Shown here: positions 57,362 to 64,000 of the stretch, piece after piece | Numbering within the stretch: position 1 is the first letter of the stretch | How the letters are laid out: every line of letters begins with the position of its first letter | IMG/VR virus record: IMGVR_UViG_3300029288_000114 | Location: 1-64,000 of that record | Direction: 5' to 3' (one strand) | Length of the DNA: 64,000 nucleotides | Source: a virus | Lineage: Duplodnaviria; Caudoviricetes | The notes under the pieces: model-generated | Database searches by the model: none | The model's input: the letters and a program-made list of their open reading frames with translations, nothing else | What the model was told of the DNA's origin: nothing | Made by a program: the position numbers and the translations under genes

Positions 57362-57610
57362 TCATTTACTCGCCTCGTACTGTTGCTTGTAATACTCAAA
57401 GTCATTCGGATCAGCAAACTTGGTGCATTCAATACACCAATCTTTAGTCATTTGCAAGCAGCACGTTGTAACCTTTGGGCGCAAATCGTCGATCTTTTGA
57501 TCCGCCGAGATCGCCCAGGTCACGAGCGTAACGGCAATGGTAAGTCCGATCAACAGCGCAATACACCCGGAACCCCTACGAGGTGGAATTACACGGCCAG
57601 TGAATGTCAT
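57362..57610 (-). CDS. Small single-TM Cys-rich protein
   Basis: AAGGAG RBS after a promoter. Confidence 0.55.
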   Translation of the reverse strand: MTFTGRVIPPRRGSGCIALLIGLTIAVTLVTWAISADQKIDDLRPKVTTCCLQMTKDWCIECTKFADPNDFEYYKQQYEASK

Positions 57611-57639
57611 TTGCGTTCTCCTTGTTAAAATATGCGCTT

Positions 57640-57681
57640 AGTATATCCGATTCTGCCGTGAAGCAAAGCGACAAACATCAC
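57640..57681 (-). promoter_or_regulatory. Promoter: CRP/FNR-like box (GCGACAAACATCAC) + N22 + TATACT
   Basis: 13/14 identical to the box at 49061, same spacing. Confidence 0.7.
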
Positions 57682-57902
57682 GCGGTTTCTTGCAATGCGT
57701 CACTTTCGTCAAGGACAAACTTAAAACGTCGGGTAACAAACTCGACTGTCTCTTCGTCCATCAGCATGTTCGCTCGCGCGATCAAAAGTTTACCTGGGCG
57801 TATGTCTATTACTATCTCTATCCCACTACATTTGTTGGGGTCAACGCCAATCTTCCTGGCAAGTTCTGCAACAATCGCGTCGTCTCCGGTAATGAATGTC
57901 AT
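57678..57902 (-). CDS. Hypothetical protein
   Basis: GGAG RBS, packed operon. Confidence 0.55.
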   Translation of the reverse strand: MTFITGDDAIVAELARKIGVDPNKCSGIEIVIDIRPGKLLIARANMLMDEETVEFVTRRFKFVLDESDALQETA

Positions 57903-57903
57903 C

Positions 57904-58266
57904 TTAAATCTCCATCAGGCTTTCTTTCCACGGCACATTGGCGAACCGATCTTCCAAGAACGGGATAGGAGCAGCACGACAGTCGCCCCCCCAATAGTTA
58001 AGCCCCTTGGGCGATGGTTTGTCTGTATACGCCCACACATCGCCAGTCGCATCTCTAGCAATCCATTGCGCGCCAGGGGCAACAACCTTGATAGCAGCGG
58101 CTTCCTCTGCAGTGACTATCGGATTAACATCAATCACCTTGAATCCGGCGAACTCGGCCAGTTTAACAACTTCAACACGAGACAACACTCCGCAAATCCC
58201 CGTCACGGAGCATCCCGCCAACACCCCACGGATCGTAAGCGTCAGAGTATCGTACTTCGAGTACAT
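57904..58266 (-). CDS. Hypothetical phage protein (WIARD..G..WAY..KP domain)
   Basis: Motif typical of small phage proteins. Confidence 0.6.
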   Translation of the reverse strand: MYSKYDTLTLTIRGVLAGCSVTGICGVLSRVEVVKLAEFAGFKVIDVNPIVTAEEAAAIKVVAPGAQWIARDATGDVWAYTDKPSPKGLNYWGGDCRAAPIPFLEDRFANVPWKESLMEI

Positions 58267-58410
58267 ATCTCTGCCACCCGTTCCCTTCTAGCCACGCGAA
58301 GAATTGCTTGCGCAGTTCGGCGATCTCTTTGTGGATTATGCGCTTCTCTTCTTCTAATCTACGCAACAGTTCCAGTTTGTCTTCCGGTGCTTTGTAGTAC
58401 ATTGTTCACC

Positions 58411-59313
58411 TCACAGATATTTGTTTCTAGCAAGCACGTCTACAATCTCGGAAATCACTTCGTCGCCACGAGATTGAATCGTCACGGCATCTGCAAGAGA
58501 ACCGTAATGTTCTTCCAGGCAGTCCAACAGCAACCGCTTGATCTTACCTTCGTCCGGCGCATACGGCAATGGCGACGAATTATAAAGCGGTTGCAACAGC
58601 ATCTCTTTCTGTGTAAACCAATCGCGCACCTGTTGTTCTGTCCATTCGCCGTTACGGATTGACTTGAGCATATCTGCATTGCGGCGTAAGTCCAACGTGC
58701 CCTCGGTCAATATCTGCTCGCACTCTAGCACGGCCCGAATAGCATGCATCGCAAATTTGCAATCGTATCCGTACTCCTGTATCATCACCCATCTTTTACT
58801 ATCTTCGGTTTTTTGTTTCATCTTGCTAATTTGGCTAAATGCAAAACCGCGATAGCGATGATATACATTCTTACTCAAAAAGACGCCGCGATTGTCACGT
58901 ACGGCTTGTCCGATCTTGGTAATGTGCAATACGCAGTCATGTGGAGTATACAGAGAATTTAGCATATTCGGATTTCCGTCCATTGTCAAACTAAAATACT
59001 TTACAATAGAGTAGATCGTCAGGTCATACTCTCGCCCGCGCCCATCAACCGCATCCGCGTCTACGATATGGTGTTGCTGATATTGCTCAAACCGATTCTT
59101 TTGCCGCCCGAACCCCAGTATCTCACCACGCAAATGCGGGAACACATCCTCTTTGGGCGGGATCGCAAAGCCGAGTACGTCGAAGTCTGACGTGTCGCTG
59201 CTTGCTCCATACGAAATGCTACCCATTATTGTCTCGTAATGGATATTATCCGGCAACCATTTTGGCGGAGTAATCAATCCGCGTTGATTCAGCTTGTATA
59301 CTGTAGAAGCCAT
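58411..59313 (-). CDS. Pol-beta superfamily nucleotidyltransferase (RlaP/YcgL-like)
   Basis: GSISYG....SDFDV.G, GNPN.L..L, YD.KFAMHA.R. Confidence 0.88.
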   Translation of the reverse strand: MASTVYKLNQRGLITPPKWLPDNIHYETIMGSISYGASSDTSDFDVLGFAIPPKEDVFPHLRGEILGFGRQKNRFEQYQQHHIVDADAVDGRGREYDLTIYSIVKYFSLTMDGNPNMLNSLYTPHDCVLHITKIGQAVRDNRGVFLSKNVYHRYRGFAFSQISKMKQKTEDSKRWVMIQEYGYDCKFAMHAIRAVLECEQILTEGTLDLRRNADMLKSIRNGEWTEQQVRDWFTQKEMLLQPLYNSSPLPYAPDEGKIKRLLLDCLEEHYGSLADAVTIQSRGDEVISEIVDVLARNKYL

Positions 59314-59314
59314 T

Positions 59315-59530
59315 TTAGTCCCCTTGTATAAATTCAGGTAATCGCCCCTGTCTCAAATAGAACTCGCGCAATATCAATAGCCGCTCATTCAATAACAGAC
59401 AATCCCCCAACTTGCGCGCCGCCGCATAAAGCTCTGGTATCTCTATCCCCGTAATGGCAACCAGCTCAGCCGTGATACTCGCGGTCGCGGCGTATTCCCT
59501 TTGTAAGTCATCGGCGAATTGACTGAGCAT
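59315..59530 (-). CDS. Hypothetical protein
   Basis: Packed operon. Confidence 0.5.
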   Translation of the reverse strand: MLSQFADDLQREYAATASITAELVAITGIEIPELYAAARKLGDCLLLNERLLILREFYLRQGRLPEFIQGD

Positions 59531-59533
59531 CGC

Positions 59534-59812
59534 TTATTCACTCGCCTTGCTAGAATATAGCAGCGCCTTAACCAACCCAATGCGTGCCTCAATCGCTTTC
59601 ACGGAAAGGGCTGTGGATTCCATGATGCCCTTGCGCCCTCCTGCCTCGGCGAACTCTTGGGCAGCCCGCAGCTCGGCGTTCTTGCCGTCAATCTTCCCTG
59701 AAAGGTAGGCGTTCGCCAGGGCGTCTTCATAGTCGCGGCGTGCATTAAAGTTATGTACCAGAACCAAAGCGTACTCTTCTAATAGTTTTTCGATCTCATC
59801 GCGGGTATACAT
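59534..59812 (-). CDS. Hypothetical protein (GKNAE.R.A motif)
   Basis: AGGAG RBS. Confidence 0.6.
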   Translation of the reverse strand: MYTRDEIEKLLEEYALVLVHNFNARRDYEDALANAYLSGKIDGKNAELRAAQEFAEAGGRKGIMESTALSVKAIEARIGLVKALLYSSKASE

Positions 59813-59813
59813 G

Positions 59814-60335
59814 CTATGCTCCTGTCAGCGTTTCAATCACAATGTCTCGCGGCAAGAAGTCTGAACAATAATAGCCGCTACTAAATGTGGTCTTCTTACT
59901 CACCACCCCGTCACGGATAAAATGAATGCGCTTATCAAACATCAGTAGTTGCATCTGCCGTCCGGCGTCCTTAAATACCCACTTGCTGTACTTATCATTC
60001 AGCCATGCTAGTGACATTAACAGAGCAACAGGCTTGCCGAAACTCAGGGCGCGCTCAAATATCTTGCGCTTGTTACTAAATGGCGGGTTGCTGATAATGC
60101 AGTCGTAGTCAAAGGGCGGCTCGTAGTTATAGAAGTCGTGTCCGGTGGAGATGTGCGAGAACGTAACCGCTACATTATGCTCGCTAAGAACGCGCACAAA
60201 TGCGCTATCCGGTGTATCAAACGGACACCACACTATCCAGCGCGGCTTGATGTATTTTAACAGTGGTTCAACCGCGTAATCAGGAGTGTAGCACTCGTCA
60301 TAAGAGTTGCCGTAAAGAATCTTTTGGCTATCCAT
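59814..60335 (-). CDS. Small adenine methyltransferase
   Basis: DECYTP, VWCPFD, ISNPPFS, RIHF motifs. Confidence 0.85.
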   Translation of the reverse strand: MDSQKILYGNSYDECYTPDYAVEPLLKYIKPRWIVWCPFDTPDSAFVRVLSEHNVAVTFSHISTGHDFYNYEPPFDYDCIISNPPFSNKRKIFERALSFGKPVALLMSLAWLNDKYSKWVFKDAGRQMQLLMFDKRIHFIRDGVVSKKTTFSSGYYCSDFLPRDIVIETLTGA

Positions 60336-60363
60336 TGCGTCTCCTTACTGAATGTTGATCCTA

Positions 60364-60435
60364 TTCCCGCGAGTGAACTCGAACCCCTAACCCGCACCTT
60401 ATAGAGTGCCGCTCTAACCGTTGAGCTACACGGGA
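60364..60435 (-). tRNA. Atypical or degenerate tRNA (6-nt anticodon loop CTATAA, Ile-UAU or Met/Ile-CAU if one base is missing)
   Basis: Acceptor TCCCGTG/CGCGGGA, D arm GCTC/GAGC, GGTTCGAG T-loop, T-stem with one mismatch, no encoded CCA. Confidence 0.75.
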
Positions 60436-60459
60436 TTATTCTTGCATTATAGCACATTT

Positions 60460-61260
60460 CTAGCTCTTGCAAAATGACGCCTGCATCACGCCAAGTTCTG
60501 CATAAAGTTCGTCAAGTTTGGCGCGGACGCGCTCAATCTCTTTACGCTTTTCTGCACGCGCAGATTCGTGGATCGCTTCTTCATATCCATCCGGCAATGC
60601 GCTTTCCAGATTGTATTTCCGAGCAATTTCCAGCACGCCAACTTTAGCGCCTTCGCTCGCCGCCTGCCGTAGCTTGTCAGCCATTACGGCGAGGGCTTGC
60701 TCGTAAGAAGAACACAGCGTGACCCCTTCTTCGTCAAGATACGCGCCGTACTTTTTCATACTTCCAAACACGCGCCAGGTTAATTCCCCATCCCGACAAC
60801 GTATAAGGTCTGCGGTCATAATGTAGTGCCTGTCGCTGCGATACGAATCTTGCATCTGCGTGGCGAGTTCCGCAATATCACAAATGTCTCCCCGTCCATA
60901 CCGCCACTCGACGAAGTGCGTGATTCCGCCATTGAAAATTTCGGATAGGTTAAATAGCGCGTCGTCCTGACCGGCCAGCCGCTTGATTTCATCCTGCCGT
61001 TCATGTTGAGCGTGCAACAAGGCGGAACGTTCCTCGTAAACCTGTTGAGTTAGCACGGCGATTTCTTTATTCAGCCGGGCGACTTCCGCGTTCAGGCGTG
61101 TCGTAGGCGGATTATCGAAAACACGATCAGTGGTGAAGATTTGCCCATACCCCTCATAGACTTCATCGCCGTAAGTCGCCTCTACAATCTCCTGCACGAC
61201 CAACGGATTCTCAGAAAGCACTTTCACTTCTCTGCCGTCTAAAACGTATTGCCTTTTCAT
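60460..61260 (-). CDS. Hypothetical coiled-coil protein
   Basis: AAAGGAG RBS, first gene of the leftward arm. Confidence 0.7.
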   Translation of the reverse strand: MKRQYVLDGREVKVLSENPLVVQEIVEATYGDEVYEGYGQIFTTDRVFDNPPTTRLNAEVARLNKEIAVLTQQVYEERSALLHAQHERQDEIKRLAGQDDALFNLSEIFNGGITHFVEWRYGRGDICDIAELATQMQDSYRSDRHYIMTADLIRCRDGELTWRVFGSMKKYGAYLDEEGVTLCSSYEQALAVMADKLRQAASEGAKVGVLEIARKYNLESALPDGYEEAIHESARAEKRKEIERVRAKLDELYAELGVMQASFCKS

Positions 61261-61291
61261 AGCTCTCCTTTCATAAATGTGTTCGATGCTA

Positions 61292-61333
61292 ATTGTAACA
61301 TAAGATCGTCTGGTGTAAAATGACGTTTGTCAT
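61292..61333 (-). promoter_or_regulatory. Promoter: palindromic box ATGACGTTTGTCAT + N22 + extended -10 TACAAT
   Basis: Perfect ATGAC-N4-GTCAT centred at -41.5. Confidence 0.75.
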
Positions 61334-61894
61334 CCGTTTAGCCGTCGTTTGTCCGTTTCCCCTCTTTTGGATAGGTGTCTTTTCGTCTTTTAGTGCATAT
61401 TCCTCTATATAGAAGATACTAGAACCCGCGAGACGAACAATCGCACGCGCTCTGTTGAACTTGACTGCGTGGCGGTTTGTGTCAAGTAACATTTTGGGAT
61501 TGTGCATGATTTTTGGGGACGGTTCGTGTGTGCGGCTGCGCGCGTTTCACTTTGCATGTGGTGGGGAGGTATACTGGTACATTTAAACTTCCGACTATAT
61601 ACATTATGTAAAGTACAATCTACCGCACGCGCAACAAAACAAAGCATACCGCCGCACCATTGCAATAATATTGCGCAAATTTGCGATCATGCGCTTTTAG
61701 TTGTCAGACAACTGACAACTGGCATGGGCGACAGATTATTAATGCTGCGTCAGCATAGTTGTACCATATAAATTGCATTGCACACTTTTATATACTACGC
61801 CACCCAATTTTACAATGCCTACACAAAACTATAATGCACACAATATCCATTGCCACCATTGCGCCACATGCAACAAAAGCTATACACTGGTATT

Positions 61895-62071
61895 GCACGT
61901 AATACACTTACAGCATAGCGGCATTACAGCATACTACACTTACAGCATAGCATACTTACAATGCAATCATAGCATGGCTATAGTTACAGTGTAGCACGTA
62001 ATACACTTACAATGGCACAACACTTACAATGGCATGGCCATAGTGCAATACTTACATGTAATACACTTACA
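61895..62071 (+). repeat. Cluster of 7 ACTTACA direct repeats, including two exact 18-mers GCACGTAATACACTTACA
   Basis: Copies start at 61906, 61938, 61954, 62005, 62022, 62050 and 62065. Confidence 0.8.
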
Positions 62072-62100
62072 AGCGAGTTATGGTCATGCCCGTTAGGGCG

Positions 62101-62369
62101 TTATAGCACAAATGTTCTAATCTATTCGCTGCTTGCGGTCTTTCCATTATATGCACAATGTCAAGCGATTGTAATTATAGCACAAGTGTTCTAATTCACT
62201 TGTGTTTGTGAGTATCCTTCATTATAAGCACAAAAGACAAGTACAATCCTTATCTTAAGACTATTTGCAATAAAACAATGCACAAAAGTTCTTTTTTGCC
62301 ACAATCCCCACCCAGACCGTATTTTAGGGTTATTTTTGATACTTTTCTCCCACATTTTAACATTTGTTC
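62101..62369. promoter_or_regulatory. Four LexA/Cheo-box-like sites (GCAC or TAAC-N4-GTTC)
   Basis: Sites at 62106, 62180, 62280 and 62358. The first two overlap minus-strand TGTGCTATAA extended -10 elements. Confidence 0.5.
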
Positions 62370-63217
62370 TATTCAACAAATTATGCATGTACGAATGTTT
62401 CTGCAATTTCGAGCATAACGCCCCATTTTACCCTATAAAACAGTAGTTAAAAAGATGCTTTTCTCCCACCGGGAAAATTTTAGACATGACTTATTATTTG
62501 CTTGAGCAATCTTAAGAATTGCAATCCCCATTGCAAAAAAGTACAAATTGCAATAGTCGCGGCTATGCTCTCACAGCTAAAATGCAATAGAATCTTGCAA
62601 AAGTGCGCAATTTATAGGCATTGCTACACTGGCAGAATTGCAAAAACAAAAAGTTTGGCCATCTTCTTTAATTGCGTGGGAGAGAAAAGTCGAGTATACT
62701 GTGTTTGTACGTGGGCAAGGCAAGCAAGGCAAGCCAAGCCAGCACTTTTAACCAGACTAGTGACATTAAAGATTGTACGCGGGAAGTCACTACCGCCGAC
62801 CCGCTACCCAAGTGCGGCAGCACTTTACCAGTTTAGTCGGAGTATAGGCAAGGGCGCAGGAAACATTTATAGGGCGCAATTTTAGAAGGGTATGATCAAA
62901 ACCACGGGCCCGGCGACGTGCGGAATACTTCACCTAACCTGCCTATTAATAATCTGATTAAACTTGAAACTAGTAAAGTGCGACGTTAACAATTTTATCC
63001 CTATAGTATACCATCCCCCCGAATTCACCTTCCAGCTATCAAATAGAATGGGCGTGATAATAGACATGGGATATGCTACTATAGGATACTCAAACTATCG
63101 CGCAAGCGATAGACTCGAATTATAAACTTGTAAAATAATTTTATAGTTTGAGTGTATCACTTGCTCAATGGCAAGTGTAAAATTTTAATCACTATTCACA
63201 GTATATGGAGGTTTGAA

Positions 63218-63790
63218 ATGGCTACGTTAAAATATGATTCACGCAAAAAAGTTTATTTTCTGGTCAAGGATGTTACGGAGTCTGGAAAAACTACAAAAAA
63301 GCCTGTTGAGGTTCCGGTAGAATCTAATTCTGTTCATGCGCTTCTAGTAGTCGGTAATAGCATGGACAAAGCAACAATCCAAGCGTACCAGCTGTATACA
63401 TCCTTGTCTGAAGAGGATCGCCGGGACTACAAAGCTATCCTTGAGGATATGTTTTCCCGCATGACTGTCAATGTTTGGTCATGGTGTATCGATGACGCCA
63501 ACATGCGCTATGTCTATGAAAACATGGGGCAGCTGGCCGTGCAAGCATATCATACCCTTCCGCAAGAAAAATGGGCGGAATTCTTACCCATTGCCAAACA
63601 TGAGTGCGAAGTCAACATGAGAGGCGCCTCCGCGCGGTTTATTCGCGCCGTGAACAAGGAAAAAGCCGCGGTCAAGAAAAGCACACCGGCACCGGCGCGT
63701 ACTATTGAAGTCATCATGGCAGAACTTGCCGCAGCAGAAAAAGTTGTGGAGGCACTCCGCAAAGAACTGGAGACGGCCAAGGCCAAGTAG
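63218..63790 (+). CDS. Hypothetical protein, first gene of the rightward arm
   Basis: GGAGG RBS, Lys/Ala-rich coiled-coil C-terminus. Confidence 0.75.
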   Translation: MATLKYDSRKKVYFLVKDVTESGKTTKKPVEVPVESNSVHALLVVGNSMDKATIQAYQLYTSLSEEDRRDYKAILEDMFSRMTVNVWSWCIDDANMRYVYENMGQLAVQAYHTLPQEKWAEFLPIAKHECEVNMRGASARFIRAVNKEKAAVKKSTPAPARTIEVIMAELAAAEKVVEALRKELETAKAK

Positions 63791-63812
63791 TACAATCGCA
63801 CAAGGTTATAGA

Positions 63813-63843
63813 ATGGGGAAGGGTTATAGTGACCCTTCCCCAT
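63813..63843 (+). terminator. Strong hairpin after the gene (terminator or processing site)
   Basis: 14-bp stem ATGGGGAAGGGTTA/TGACCCTTCCCCAT. U-tract is weak. Confidence 0.55.
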
Positions 63844-64000
63844 GTCAATTTATAGGTTACCGCATGGATAGTCGTGCTATTCATGCGGTAGTTTATAACT
63901 TGAAAGTCCAGTGTGTAAAATGATTTTACACTGGCAAGGAATGACATATGAGCGAATTGGATACTTGGTTCCCTAGAGAGAATGGAATTGATGCAATCGA

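Noticed and set aside
60364-60435. Prophage attachment site at the tRNA
   Set aside because: No duplicated tRNA 3' end, no integrase, and phage-like genes lie on both sides.
61895-62071. CRISPR array
   Set aside because: Repeats are only 7-18 bp, irregularly spaced, without unique 30-40 bp spacers, and no cas genes are present.
61289-62885. ORFs in the strand-switch region
   Set aside because: Low-complexity His/Cys-rich translations of repeats, lacking RBS. The region looks non-coding.
1-64000. Stop-codon reassignment
   Set aside because: Conserved genes are full length in the standard code, and TAA, TAG and TGA all serve as stops.

Overview
This 64 kb window is part of a tailed dsDNA phage (siphovirus-like) genome, with no host housekeeping genes. 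A Chloroflexota-like, probably anaerobic, host is my inference and is unconfirmed. 1-30350 (mostly minus strand) is the morphogenesis module: terminase, portal-MuF fusion, ChaB-protease-scaffold, capsid, neck, tail tube, frameshifted tail chaperones, tape measure, tail and fibre. It is interrupted by four glycosyltransferases, an epimerase and homing endonucleases. 30438-41376 (plus) holds HNH, metallophosphoesterase, RecA, a DUF2227/FtsK/PH membrane operon and an intein-containing class II RNR. 41467-61260 (minus) holds accessory genes: a radical SAM/SPASM operon, a DPPR-synthase-like UbiA, Nudix, ThyX, two DNA methyltransferases, a nucleotidyltransferase and an atypical tRNA. 61260-63200 is a non-coding strand-switch region with short repeats and SOS-box-like sites. 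The best candidate for an undescribed system is an intein-bearing radical SAM/SPASM enzyme coupled to four otherwise dissimilar proteins that share the N-terminal tag MKxRxGFV(T/A)NSSS(S/T)(S/T)(F/Y). Other highlights are a complete integron gene cassette with attC inside the phage, two promoter classes with fixed spacing (a CRP/FNR-like box at -41.5, and a late AAGGTT-N21-(-10) motif), and a TraB/Spd-like FtsK-membrane gene set. Three genes and the tRNA carry single-base indels, mostly in short homopolymers, that may be assembly errors. No integrase, DNA polymerase, helicase or clear endolysin was recognised. All family assignments are from motif recognition by eye, not database searches.
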